From: a virus | DNA: 42,596 nucleotides | Direction: 5' to 3' (one strand) | Virus record (IMG/VR): IMGVR_UViG_3300049215_000034 | Span: 1-42,596 of that record | Part shown: one piece after another, positions 1 to 9,370 of the stretch | Layout of the letters: each line of letters begins with the position of its first letter | Numbering within the stretch: the first letter of the stretch is position 1 | Position numbers and translations under genes: made by a program | Notes under the pieces: generated by a model | The model's input: only the letters and a program-made list of their open reading frames with translations | Database searches by the model: none | What the model was told of the DNA's origin: nothing

Positions 1-127
1 AAGACCTACGGGTGGTGCGCCCGCTACGCACCGAAACTCAATGGATAGCAGCATGGCCTATACCGCCGAGCAGATGATTGAGAAATACATCTCGATCCGC
101 GACCAGATTAAAGACATCAGCGAGAAG
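1..127. repeat. Terminal direct repeat, left copy (identical to 42470-42596); circular-closure overlap
   Basis: Base-for-base identity of 1-127 with 42470-42596, read directly from the sequence. Confidence 0.95.
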
Positions 128-436
128 CACCAGCAGGAGCTGGCGCCCTACAATGAGGCGCTTAACGTCCTTGAGATGGGCTTGCAGGACGTGCTAAATC
201 AGGTCGGCGGGGACAACATCAAAACCAAGGCCGGAACAGCTTACCGTTCGTCGCACGTCGCGGCGAAGATGGAGGACTGGCCCTCATTCATCAACTTCGT
301 GATGCAGGTGGGAGATACTGAGTTGCTGGTACGCTCAGCGAACAAGACGCGCGTGCTGGAGCACATGGAGGGCGGCGCGGTCGTCCCCGGCGTGTCCCTG
401 TCCACAGTTCACAAGATCAATGTGAGGCGGGCATGA
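41..436 (+). CDS. Hypothetical coiled-coil protein; two-part layout reminiscent of Mu Gam-type proteins (tentative)
   Basis: 131-aa ORF. Its ATG overlaps the stop of the 42257-42517 ORF across the circular junction (aATGGATAG). A heptad-rich N-terminal helix (EKYISIRDQIKDISEKHQQELAPYNEAL) is followed by a beta-rich half (IKTKAGTAYRS...). Homology cannot be verified here. Confidence 0.55.
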   Translation: MDSSMAYTAEQMIEKYISIRDQIKDISEKHQQELAPYNEALNVLEMGLQDVLNQVGGDNIKTKAGTAYRSSHVAAKMEDWPSFINFVMQVGDTELLVRSANKTRVLEHMEGGAVVPGVSLSTVHKINVRRA

Positions 437-485
437 TCTTCTGGCCCCTTGTCGTCTTGGCAACCTTGAAATACATCAACTCGCC

Positions 486-737
486 ATGATCGACATCCGC
501 GCCATCGTCAGCCAGATCGTGCAGGCCAAGGGGGCGTCCGATGTGAACGCCTTCGCCATCCTGACCCACAACCTTGTGCGCGAGTACGGCCAGCAATTGC
601 TGGTCAATCTCGCCCAGGCGCTGAACCCGTCCACACCCGAAGAAACCGCCGTCGTCCACTGGCTGCAAGGCAAGCTGGTCGAGATGGCGAGGCAGATCCC
701 CGAAGCAGTTGCACATAAACAGGAGCCAAAAGCATGA
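486..737 (+). CDS. Hypothetical protein (83 aa)
   Basis: ORF in the rightward arm. Its stop overlaps the next start (ATGA at 734-737). No recognisable motif. Confidence 0.5.
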   Translation: MIDIRAIVSQIVQAKGASDVNAFAILTHNLVREYGQQLLVNLAQALNPSTPEETAVVHWLQGKLVEMARQIPEAVAHKQEPKA

Positions 738-1810
738 ACGCCGTCGTCCAGTTCGATTCCACCGTTCCCGCATTCCTGCGGAACGCCAATTTCCTCTCCG
801 TCAACCAGAAGGCTATGCAGGGACTGTCCACAGGTGCGCCGCCGCGCCTGTCCTACCGCGGCTCGCGCTTCCGCTTCGTCGCCGCCGACGGCACCGAGAC
901 GCCCGTGACCGAGAACAACGGCGTGGCGATCGACGTAGTTGTGGTGGACGCCAGCGAACACGTCAGCAAGTTCTTTTACAACAAGGCGTATGACCCGAAT
1001 GCCGAGGATATGTCGCCGGCTTGTTTCAGCGACAACGGCGTCGGTCCCTCGATCCGCGCCGCCAAGCCTCAGTCGCTCCTGTGTGGCAATTGCCCTAACA
1101 ACGCGTGGGGCTCCAAGATCACGCCGCAGGGCACGCAGGTCAAGGCGTGCAGCGACGTGAAGAAGCTCGCCATCATCCCCGTGAATAACATCAACGGCTC
1201 CGCCTACATGCTGACGGTCCCCGGCGCCTCGCTGAAGACCTGGCAGGGCTTCGTTGACACTGTGTCAAAGCGCAATATTCCCGTGCCGGCGCTGGTCGTC
1301 CAGGTCAGTTTTGACGTGACCGCCGAATATCCCAAGCTGGTGTTCACGCCGACGCGCTACATCAGCGAGCAGGAAGCGGGCGCGATCCAGGAACTGTTCG
1401 GATCCGAGGAATGCGACGAACTGGTCGGGCGCAAGGACACGCCGATTCAGGCGATGCCGGCCGCCACTGGGCAGCATGAAAAGACGGCGCCAATCCCTCA
1501 GGCTGCGCAAAACGCCGCGTCTCCGCCGCCCGCCGCGGTCTTCACCCCGCCTCCCGCGCCGCCGACGCCTCCCTTCCTGGGACAGCAGGCCGCTCCTGCC
1601 ACCCAGCCGCAGGCCGAACAAGCCGCTCCGCGCCGCCGTCGCCGCACCAACGCCGAAATTGCCGCAGCGAACGCAGCTCCCGTCGCGCAGGCCGCTCCAA
1701 CCCCGGCTCCTGCGCCTGTGTTCGCTGCGGCGACTCCTGCTCCCGCCGCCCCGGCCGCGGGTCCGGCCGATCTGAACGCGCTGCTCGACAAAGTGATGGC
1801 TGGGAAATGA
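734..1810 (+). CDS. Replication-module protein with a 4-Cys cluster and Pro/Ala-rich tail; possible ssDNA-binding/accessory protein (function unproven)
   Basis: 358-aa ORF. Globular ~235-aa N-terminal part carries C-x19-C-x2-C-x18-C. A ~110-aa Pro/Ala-rich linker with an RRRRR run follows, then a short amphipathic tail DLNALLDKVMAGK. ATGA overlaps on both sides; sits just upstream of the primase. Confidence 0.65.
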   Translation: MNAVVQFDSTVPAFLRNANFLSVNQKAMQGLSTGAPPRLSYRGSRFRFVAADGTETPVTENNGVAIDVVVVDASEHVSKFFYNKAYDPNAEDMSPACFSDNGVGPSIRAAKPQSLLCGNCPNNAWGSKITPQGTQVKACSDVKKLAIIPVNNINGSAYMLTVPGASLKTWQGFVDTVSKRNIPVPALVVQVSFDVTAEYPKLVFTPTRYISEQEAGAIQELFGSEECDELVGRKDTPIQAMPAATGQHEKTAPIPQAAQNAASPPPAAVFTPPPAPPTPPFLGQQAAPATQPQAEQAAPRRRRRTNAEIAAANAAPVAQAAPTPAPAPVFAAATPAPAAPAAGPADLNALLDKVMAGK

Positions 1811-2088
1811 GCACGCCGTTTACCACACGGCTGACGAAGGCGCACGCGGCGGCAGGCCTTTCCATTAAGGAGATGGCGATCTGGTTCGACGACATGAGCG
1901 AGAGCGTCATGCGAACTTGGTTGCTTGGCCGGACGCCGCAGGCGTATCGTAGGGGCACCGCTGAAAAGAACCTGGCGTTCTTGGAGCAGGAGCTTAAGTC
2001 GAAATCGGCGCGGCTACCCTTGGCGGGATCGCTGAGGCAGGGGGAACGTCACGATCATGTCGCAGCCATCAGGAAGCGATACCGCTAG
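1807..2088 (+). CDS. Small HTH-like protein (93 aa)
   Basis: ATGA overlap with the upstream stop. Helix-turn-helix-like segment GLSIKEMAIWFDDMSESVMRTWLLG. Its 3' end overlaps the primase start by 32 nt. Confidence 0.5.
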   Translation: MSTPFTTRLTKAHAAAGLSIKEMAIWFDDMSESVMRTWLLGRTPQAYRRGTAEKNLAFLEQELKSKSARLPLAGSLRQGERHDHVAAIRKRYR

Positions 2089-4936
2089 CTTTCTCCGCGC
2101 GATATGGCCGTCCGAAGGGTACTACTGCATAGCGATCAAGCCTCCCGGCAAGGGAGGTATGCGGCAGACATTCTTCACGTCGATCGACGACGCCGCGGCC
2201 TTTGCGCAGTTAGCCAGCTCCCGGGGACTGGAGACCTATCATGCTTGCGCATCTTACCGCAGCGGAGATTCGCGTAAGGCGTCCAATGCCTATGGAGCGC
2301 GGGCCCTGTGGCTTGACGTGGATGTTGGTCCCGACAAGCCTTACAAAAACGACCGTGACGCGCTTGCCGCGATCCTTGCGTTCTGCGGCGCGACTTCTCG
2401 CCCAGCGCCGATGGTCGTGCATTCAGGTGGCGGCTGGCATTGCTACTGGATATGCACTGAAACCCTCACGCCGCAGACATGGACGGCGCTCGCTGCCGCG
2501 CTTAAATCTCAATGCGCTCAGTATGGATTACAGGCGGACGGAACACGTACCGCGGATTTGGCCTCTATCCTTCGTCCCGTGGGCACCCAAAATTATAAAA
2601 GAGATGTTCCAGCGCCCGTTAGTTTGCGACATTACCCCGCGCAGCCAACGTTAGTCGTTGAAAACTTACACCAGACGCCGCCTTCGTTAGCCGTAGACAA
2701 CAGCCGATTCGAGGTAAAAACCACAGCCACAAAGGAGCCAGCCTATGCAGGACTTGTCGCCCATGCTTGCGGTCAAATGGCACGTCTTCGCGACACGCTC
2801 GGGAATATTCCTGAACCTGAATGGTACGCCGGTCTTTGTGTGCTCGCAGCCTGTGACGATGGCGCCGGGGTGGTCCACCAGTGGTCGAGCGGACATCCCA
2901 ACTACTCCGCGGCGGAGACTGAACGAAAGTTTGCCCACGCCGGACGAGATAGCGGGCCTACGACATGCGCCCGATTCCAGGCAATTAACGCTGCCCCTTG
3001 CGCCGGTTGTCCTCATCAGGGAAAAGTTGTCTCCCCCATACAGCTTGGTCGAATAGGCGCGGGGCAAAGCGACGCCGCTGGCGAGGCTCCTGGTGGAGCC
3101 CTTCCGACCGATTTGCTGGGCAGTCCCCAATTCAACACCCTAGATGGGATCGCGCTGCCCATTCTGCCCAAGCCCTACCGCTTCGCACCGAACCACGCGC
3201 TCATGGGGCAGATTTTCAACGAAGAAGCGCAAGCCTACGAGCCGACGCAGATATATAAATGTCCTTTGTTCCTGGAAACTATCCGGGAGCACGAGCAGAC
3301 CGGCCAGGTGGCGCTGATTTTGAAGCACTGGCTGCCGCAGGAGAGCTGGCAGGAAGCCATAATTCCGTGGCAGGACCGATCGCAGAAAGCGGTCATCAAC
3401 CAGATGGCGTCGCAGAAGATCAACATACCGCGTGCATCTGAGCGCCTGATTCTCAATTACCTGGAATCGCTGATCGACGATTTCCAATCGCGAAGGAAGA
3501 CGGAGATGGAATATGCAAGCTTTGGGTGGCGCAGCGACTTCCAGGAATTTCTCCTGGGAACCGAGTTGTATAGCACCGCCGGTAAGCCCCGGTTCGTCGG
3601 CGTCAGCGGCGAGCTTCTTGTTCGTGCGCGACACATGCGCGCGTTTGGAAGCTACGATTCCTGGCGATCTGCCGCACAACCCCTTTTTGCCAATGAGCAA
3701 CAGGGCATCATGGTTGTTGCGGCCTTTGCCTCGCCACTCATGCGCTTCGTCAACGAGTCCGCCAGCGCCGTCATCGCTGCGGTATCCCCTGAGCCCCGGC
3801 TTGGAAAGTCGATGGGTCTTATCGCAGCCCGTTCTATCTGGGGAGACGATTCGTGCATTGACATAGCCACCAACGACACCAGCAACAGCCGCTTCAGAAT
3901 GATGTCGGTGCTGAACGGCATCCCCGCCACCTGGGACGACATGAGGAAGTCCAATGATCCAGAAGTCATTAAGCAGTTTGTTCTTAGCTTCAGTCAGGGT
4001 CGCGATAAAAATCGCCTGGACCGTGCTGGCGCTCTTAGGGCTAATGCTAGTGGTTGGGCTTCTATACTCCTGGCAACTTCTAACATCTCTATAGCCGAAC
4101 TCGTCGGCCACGACGGCGAGACGGCGCAGCAAAGCCGCATCCTGGAGTTCCGTTTCGAGAAGATGGAAGGGATCAAATACAGCGATGGCATGGAATGGGA
4201 GCGGGGCTTGCGCGCGAACCGCGGCACCGCCGGGCGCCGGTACGTCCAGGCGCTGACGCTTCCCGGCATGACCGACTGGCTGCGCGTCGCCGTCCCCCAA
4301 TTCGTCCGCGAGTTTGAAACGGAGCTGGGCCGGTCGGACGCCAGTTTCTACGCCTCCATGCTAGGCTGCATCAAAGCCGCCGGCATCATCCTGAACCGCG
4401 TCGGGATGCTGGAGTTTTCGACCGACCGGCTGGTTGCGTTCGCCGTGAAGAAAGCGAAGGAGATGACCGACCTGATGTATCAGGCGACAGCATCGTCCAC
4501 GCCGGGCGGCACGCTGAGCAAGTTCATCAACGACAACTGGATGAATGCGCTGATCGTCGCGGATCCCTACCGGCCGCACGCCGATGTGGTCCCGCGCCAG
4601 GAACCGCGCGGCAAGCTATGGATGCGCTACGAGATGAACAGCAAGCGCATCTATATCGAAACGGATGCGCTACGCGCTTGGTGCCGGTCCAAAAACATAA
4701 TGATGCGCGACCTTCAGGCGAAGCTGCTGGACGCGGGTGTCGTGGCCGATCACAAGCGCAAGATCAATCTCGGCGCCGGGACCAACTACTCAGGCGGCGG
4801 CCAGGTCTACTGCTGGGAAGTCGTGTCGGACCATCAGGCGCTGGGGCATGTGCGCATCGTTGAAGCGGAGAAGGGGCCGCTCAAGGGGCAGGTGTTCAGG
4901 ATGACGCCAGGGGCAGCGCATGGCGCCACCGCGTAG
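2057..4936 (+). CDS. Bifunctional primase-polymerase (AEP) / P-loop NTPase (SF3-like helicase) replication protein
   Basis: 959-aa ORF. AEP motifs: LWLDVDVGPD (DxD), VVHSGGGWHCYW (sGxGxH), RPVGTQNYK. Cys/His cluster CARFQAINAAPCAGCPH. C-terminal P-loop SPEPRLGKSMG (Walker A-like) and IPATWDDM (Walker B-like). Confidence 0.85.
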   Translation: MSQPSGSDTASFLRAIWPSEGYYCIAIKPPGKGGMRQTFFTSIDDAAAFAQLASSRGLETYHACASYRSGDSRKASNAYGARALWLDVDVGPDKPYKNDRDALAAILAFCGATSRPAPMVVHSGGGWHCYWICTETLTPQTWTALAAALKSQCAQYGLQADGTRTADLASILRPVGTQNYKRDVPAPVSLRHYPAQPTLVVENLHQTPPSLAVDNSRFEVKTTATKEPAYAGLVAHACGQMARLRDTLGNIPEPEWYAGLCVLAACDDGAGVVHQWSSGHPNYSAAETERKFAHAGRDSGPTTCARFQAINAAPCAGCPHQGKVVSPIQLGRIGAGQSDAAGEAPGGALPTDLLGSPQFNTLDGIALPILPKPYRFAPNHALMGQIFNEEAQAYEPTQIYKCPLFLETIREHEQTGQVALILKHWLPQESWQEAIIPWQDRSQKAVINQMASQKINIPRASERLILNYLESLIDDFQSRRKTEMEYASFGWRSDFQEFLLGTELYSTAGKPRFVGVSGELLVRARHMRAFGSYDSWRSAAQPLFANEQQGIMVVAAFASPLMRFVNESASAVIAAVSPEPRLGKSMGLIAARSIWGDDSCIDIATNDTSNSRFRMMSVLNGIPATWDDMRKSNDPEVIKQFVLSFSQGRDKNRLDRAGALRANASGWASILLATSNISIAELVGHDGETAQQSRILEFRFEKMEGIKYSDGMEWERGLRANRGTAGRRYVQALTLPGMTDWLRVAVPQFVREFETELGRSDASFYASMLGCIKAAGIILNRVGMLEFSTDRLVAFAVKKAKEMTDLMYQATASSTPGGTLSKFINDNWMNALIVADPYRPHADVVPRQEPRGKLWMRYEMNSKRIYIETDALRAWCRSKNIMMRDLQAKLLDAGVVADHKRKINLGAGTNYSGGGQVYCWEVVSDHQALGHVRIVEAEKGPLKGQVFRMTPGAAHGATA

Positions 4937-5039
4937 ACCACCGCTGGAGAACCATTTGCGTGGGCGTGGCAAGATGACGCAGTTTCGCCCGGCGAACGAA
5001 TACGCGTTTCCCGCTGGCGTCGATCCGTTTGAGCTTTAG

Positions 5040-5663
5040 ATGCCCTTGCTGGCTGCACTTTTCGTCGAGAAAGACGGCGTGTATTTTGGACACCCAAATA
5101 TAGATCCATGGGATATTAGCCGTGATGCCCGTAACTACAGAGGCCCGTATCCGGTTGTAGCTCACCCTCCCTGCGAACGGTGGGGACGTTTCTGGCACGG
5201 CTCGACGCGCAAGCCTCATCAATTCCGACTGGGCGAAGACGGCGGAGCCTTCGCTGCGGCGCTGACCGCCGTGCGCAATTACGGGGGCGTTCTGGAGCAT
5301 CCTAAAGACAGTCACGCCTGGGCGTATTTTGGGCTTGAGCCGCCGAATATCGCGGGGGGCTGGAGCCGGGCTGATAAGTATGGCGGCGTCACTTGCTGCG
5401 TTGAACAGGGGTGGTATGGACATTTCGCCAACAAACCAACATGGCTCTACGGCGTAGGAATAATAACGCCGGAATTGCGTTGGGAAGCCGGGGCGCAACG
5501 CCTGCACCCAAAAGCATTAGAGATGTACGGCTATGAAAAAGCCCGACGCATAGGACAAGCCGCCATGATTGGGGGCAAAGACAAAAAGAAAATCAGAGAA
5601 CGCTCGCCTATCGAGTTTCGCAATCTGTTACTCGCCCTGGCGGCAAGCGCAATCAGTGAGTGA
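5040..5663 (+). CDS. Cytosine-C5 methyltransferase-like protein (PC and ENV-like motifs) lacking SAM motif I
   Basis: 207-aa ORF. YPVVAHPPCERWGRF resembles C5-MTase motif IV and GGVLEHPKDS resembles motif VI. There is no FxGxG upstream, and the PC motif is only ~43 aa from the N-terminus. Confidence 0.55.
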   Translation: MPLLAALFVEKDGVYFGHPNIDPWDISRDARNYRGPYPVVAHPPCERWGRFWHGSTRKPHQFRLGEDGGAFAAALTAVRNYGGVLEHPKDSHAWAYFGLEPPNIAGGWSRADKYGGVTCCVEQGWYGHFANKPTWLYGVGIITPELRWEAGAQRLHPKALEMYGYEKARRIGQAAMIGGKDKKKIRERSPIEFRNLLLALAASAISE

Positions 5664-6111
5664 TCGCCGGCACCGAAATGGTGATGCCCAGCGACTTCTC
5701 CTTATCGACGACCTGCTGGAGAATGGACGTGATCGCGTCCGCCGACTTCTTGCGAAACCGGTTTTCGTCCACCTTGTTGGCGAGGTTGATGACGGCGATC
5801 GCCGCGTCTTTCTGAATCGACACCAGCTTGAGCGGGTCGTCGGCCAGAAGGTCAACCTCCAGGTCCAGCACTTCCTCCAGCTTGTCCAGCGCCTGGTCGA
5901 TCAGGCTCTCCAGGTGCGCGCCGCGTTCCTGCGTCCCCTCTACCTTCGGGCGCTTTTTGCTTTCGCCTAGCGCCGCTTCGGCCTCTTGCCAAAAGCCTTC
6001 CGGGACCGCGGGGAAGCCGTCGCTTTGGGGCGCCTTGGGCGGCTCCTGCGCTTTCCATTCCGACCGGCCAATGCGGTCGAGCGCGGCGTTGATCTTGGCT
6101 TCTTCGCTCAC
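5653..6111 (-). CDS. Hypothetical acidic helical protein, last gene of the late arm
   Basis: 152-aa ORF with a GTG start overlapping the upstream stop (GTGA). Its 3' end overlaps the 3' end of 5040-5663 by 11 bp. Confidence 0.55.
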   Translation of the reverse strand: MSEEAKINAALDRIGRSEWKAQEPPKAPQSDGFPAVPEGFWQEAEAALGESKKRPKVEGTQERGAHLESLIDQALDKLEEVLDLEVDLLADDPLKLVSIQKDAAIAVINLANKVDENRFRKKSADAITSILQQVVDKEKSLGITISVPAITH

Positions 6112-7604
6112 GGGCGTCGCGCCGGACCAAGCCCGCGGCCGGGGCGATTCAGGAAAACGTCGTTAATGGTGTCGGCAAATCCCGGCTTCGCCGCCTTGGC
6201 TGCCGCTGCGTCGTTCTGGGCCGCTTCGCCGCGGGCGATTATATCCATCAACTGTTCAGCTTTCTTAAAGCGTCCGCTGCGGCTTAAGAGAGTCGCGCCC
6301 TTGCGCACGGTGCGGCCCACGCCAGGCACGATATCGAGCGCGTCCGCAACGCTGCTGTCGGCAGCAATTTCGTCGATCAGTTTGCGCTCAGCCGGTGAAA
6401 AATTGCGCATCGCCAGATCGTCTTTTGCGAGCTGCTGAAACTCGCGCTGGATCATTTCCGGCTTTTTCAGCCGCTTGGCGATGTCCACGATCGTTTCGAT
6501 ATCGTCCAGCTTGAAGATGCGCCGCGCTAGTTCCTTCGCCTGGTTCAGCGCCTGAAGTGCCGCCTTGGGGTCAGCGCCGCCGACGATCTGTTCGGGCTTC
6601 AGGTTTTGGATAAAGTCGCGGATCTGCGACGCCAGAATCTGGGCGCCGCGCACATCCTGCGCCCCGCGGTCACCTTCAGCGGCGATCAGCGCCTTTTTGA
6701 CAAAGCCGCTCGCTTCCTGCTGAAGCGTCTGCAAGTTGTCGATCGTGAGCTGGTGCCCGCGGTAATCCTCCAGCCGGTCTACCAAGTCCTTGGTGTTCGG
6801 GTAAATCTTCTCGCTGATCGGCACGCTACCGGACGTAATTTTATTGCTCTTGAGCACGGCCGGCGCGGTGTCGGCAAAGACGCCAAAAGCTTCCGGCTTC
6901 ACGTCGGCGCCAAGGCGCGACGCTTCGCTGTAGGCGGCATCCTTGGCCTTTGTCAGCGCTTCGCGCGTCGGAGCTGCATTCGCCGCCTTTTCGGCCGCCC
7001 GGCGCTGGGAGCCCTCCGCGGCGCTCTTAACCAAGTCGTCGGCGGCGTTAATGGTCGAGCGGGCGACGCCGCCCACCGTGGTCGCGGCTTTATTGACCGC
7101 GCCGGGGGCCTTTTTAGCGCCCTGGCGCAGCAGAGCCATAATCTCCTGGGCGGTCCCCGGGATCGCGCCAGCCATGGCCGGAAGCTGTTTAACGGCGCCC
7201 CCGGCTGCGACCTGGCTGCCCAGGTCCGCCGTGTTGGCGATCATTTCGGACAGCCATGGAGGCGCCCCAGCGGCTTTCAGGTTGTTCTCGACCGGAGCGC
7301 CCACCAGGGTCCTGGAAGCCGCGTTAATCGGGCTCCCGACATACTCGACCGCGCCCAGGGCTGCCTGCCCTGCGCCCTTGGTACGCTCCCAGGGGCTCAA
7401 ATCGCGGCCCAGGGCGCGCTTCATCCCGGCGGCGACATCCTCCATGCCCTCCGTCGCCATAGCGGCCTGGCGGCCCAGGAACGTCGTGGGTTCCTTGGGT
7501 TCTGGCTTCTTCGGCACCGACCAGCCATCAGCGTCCGCGACCAACGCGGGCTTTTTGGCAGGGACGGTCCAGCCCTTATCGTCAGTCGATGTAACCTGGG
7601 CCAT
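6108..7604 (-). CDS. Putative internal virion/ejection protein (498 aa)
   Basis: ATGA overlap with the upstream gene. Duplicated N-terminal motif GWTVPAKKP / GWSVPKKPEP. Long Ala/Gly/Lys-rich helical body. Function inferred from position and composition only. Confidence 0.6.
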   Translation of the reverse strand: MAQVTSTDDKGWTVPAKKPALVADADGWSVPKKPEPKEPTTFLGRQAAMATEGMEDVAAGMKRALGRDLSPWERTKGAGQAALGAVEYVGSPINAASRTLVGAPVENNLKAAGAPPWLSEMIANTADLGSQVAAGGAVKQLPAMAGAIPGTAQEIMALLRQGAKKAPGAVNKAATTVGGVARSTINAADDLVKSAAEGSQRRAAEKAANAAPTREALTKAKDAAYSEASRLGADVKPEAFGVFADTAPAVLKSNKITSGSVPISEKIYPNTKDLVDRLEDYRGHQLTIDNLQTLQQEASGFVKKALIAAEGDRGAQDVRGAQILASQIRDFIQNLKPEQIVGGADPKAALQALNQAKELARRIFKLDDIETIVDIAKRLKKPEMIQREFQQLAKDDLAMRNFSPAERKLIDEIAADSSVADALDIVPGVGRTVRKGATLLSRSGRFKKAEQLMDIIARGEAAQNDAAAAKAAKPGFADTINDVFLNRPGRGLGPARRP

Positions 7605-9367
7605 CAGGGCTGCTGCTCAACGGCGGTGCCGTCGCCCTTCGCACGATACCATTTACCATCGATCTGTTTGAGCGCGCCGGCCTCTACAGTCGCCGGGACG
7701 GTAATCACGGCGCCGTTGGGCTTGTCCTGTAAATTGGCAGGGACGCCAGAAGGCGCGGGGGCGCCCTTACCACCCCCATACTGCTGATCATAGGCTTTCA
7801 AAAGCCGAGTCTTTGCGCCGCTGGCGTAGTTAATAATCTCCAGCAGATTCTTGCGCATGTTGTCGCCGCCCTGGGGCAGCACCAAAGAAGCGATTTTGGC
7901 CTGAAGCGTCTTCACTTCGTAATTGGAGACGTTGCCGAGCGCGCCACCCGTGGGCGACAACTGGCGCATGTTCTGAAGGGCGGCAAAGCCCAGGTTGGAT
8001 TTCAGACTTTCCAAATCCGCCTCAAAATTAGCGGTCTGTTCTTTGAAGGTCGGCAGACGTGCTTCAATCGGACCAGTCGCGTCGTCGAGACCGGGGTGTG
8101 TAAGCAGGTATTCGGCTTTATCCGCAATCGCGTCCAGGTCCGACGTAGCGCCGTCGAGCGCAGGCAGCGCCTTCAATTGGAGCGCGCGCTGCTTCGCGTC
8201 CAGCGTAGCCGACGCGCGGGTATTGCGTCCGCTCTCCGCGGCAACGCGGTCTTCGTGCATCAAGTCCTGGCCGCGCTGGGTCGTTGCGTCGCGCATCTGG
8301 GCGAGTGTCTTAGTCACTTCCAGCTTGGCGAGCGCCTCGGCGTGGCTCTGGTCCAGACCCTTTTCCTTCAAGTCAAGCAGGCGTTCGCGATATAGCATCG
8401 TCTTCGCGATTTCGTCAGCCTTCAGGTCCAGCGCTTCCGACTTCAGATCGAGGCCGCGCGATTCCAGTTCTTTCTTGAGTGCCAGCATGTTGTCAGAAAT
8501 ACGCGCCTTGGCGTCATTATTAAGCTGCGCCAGATTGAGTTTGTTCTGGTTAGTCAGATTAGTCGTGGTGATGCGCCCAGCGATGTTTTCCGTATTGCGT
8601 TTATTGCGCCCGCTCTCCAGCATTTCCTGGATCTGCAAATTGATGTTCGCCATGCGCTCGCGCAGCGCAATTTTCGCGGCGTCGCTCGCTTTCGTCGCCT
8701 CTAGGCGCGCATACTGCAAGTCCAGGTTCGACGACAACTTGAACAGGTTGTCGAGCCGGGTAGCGTCTTTCAGCGTCAGGTCCTGCTCAGCTTTCCAGCG
8801 GTCGTACTGTTCCTTTTGGCTGGCAGCCACCATCGGCGCCATGCCGTTCACGACTTCCGCCACAAGCTGCGGCGGCGCGTCGGGCGCGACCTGCCTCAAT
8901 GTCTCGATAATTGACGGCCAGGTAAGCGCCGGGCCTGACAGTTCGGGCGCACCGTCCACAACGCCGCCCGGCACCCGAGGCGCGGCCTGAGCGGGGGGCT
9001 GAAGGGCGCGCTGGCGCATCTGCGCGGCCATATCAGGTTGGCCGCCTTGGAGCGGTGCGAGGACGTTGGGGAGCGCGGGAGCGCCGCCAGGAGCACCACG
9101 CTCCGGTGTCGGGATAGTGCCCGGCGGTCCCGGTGACGCGTTGCCGTTCACAGGCAACGGGAGCGCGCTACCCTGGCCCGCGGCACCCATGACCTTTTGG
9201 AGCACGCGGCCCACCAGCTCCTGCGCCTGACGCTTCTGTTCGGCGTCGCGCATCTGCTGCTGGATGATCTGCGTCTGAAGGGCGCGCTGGCGCATCGTCT
9301 CCGCAAGGTCCTGGCCTTGGAAGCCTGCGCTCAGTGCGTTTGTAAAGTTGGGTCCGCCGAGTGCCAT
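7604..9367 (-). CDS. Putative internal virion/ejection protein, long coiled coil (587 aa)
   Basis: Gln-rich N-terminal helix, Pro/Gly/Ala-rich linker, then ~400 aa of helix-forming L/K/E/A/N-rich sequence. Tightly coupled to both neighbours. Confidence 0.65.
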   Translation of the reverse strand: MALGGPNFTNALSAGFQGQDLAETMRQRALQTQIIQQQMRDAEQKRQAQELVGRVLQKVMGAAGQGSALPLPVNGNASPGPPGTIPTPERGAPGGAPALPNVLAPLQGGQPDMAAQMRQRALQPPAQAAPRVPGGVVDGAPELSGPALTWPSIIETLRQVAPDAPPQLVAEVVNGMAPMVAASQKEQYDRWKAEQDLTLKDATRLDNLFKLSSNLDLQYARLEATKASDAAKIALRERMANINLQIQEMLESGRNKRNTENIAGRITTTNLTNQNKLNLAQLNNDAKARISDNMLALKKELESRGLDLKSEALDLKADEIAKTMLYRERLLDLKEKGLDQSHAEALAKLEVTKTLAQMRDATTQRGQDLMHEDRVAAESGRNTRASATLDAKQRALQLKALPALDGATSDLDAIADKAEYLLTHPGLDDATGPIEARLPTFKEQTANFEADLESLKSNLGFAALQNMRQLSPTGGALGNVSNYEVKTLQAKIASLVLPQGGDNMRKNLLEIINYASGAKTRLLKAYDQQYGGGKGAPAPSGVPANLQDKPNGAVITVPATVEAGALKQIDGKWYRAKGDGTAVEQQP

Positions 9368-9370
9368 GAC

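Noticed and set aside
1-127. Terminal repeats as prophage att sites or transposon ends
   Set aside because: The repeat lies inside coding sequence that reads continuously across the junction, there is no flanking host DNA, and there is no integrase or transposase. It is a circular-closure overlap.
1265-1958. Multiple overlapping ORFs on both strands over the Pro/Ala-rich tract
   Set aside because: GC-rich low-complexity sequence is open in several frames. Only the frame continuous with the 734-1810 N-domain is coupled to its neighbours.
3140-4300. 386-aa minus-strand ORF inside the primase gene
   Set aside because: Antisense of a gene with clear AEP and P-loop motifs. The translation is low-information and Arg/Leu/Gly-rich.
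6606-8990. Plus-strand ORFs of 393, 242 and 331 aa opposite the ejection-like genes
   Set aside because: Shadow ORFs of high-GC coding sequence (Ser/Arg/Ala-rich). They are not coupled to any plus-strand neighbour.
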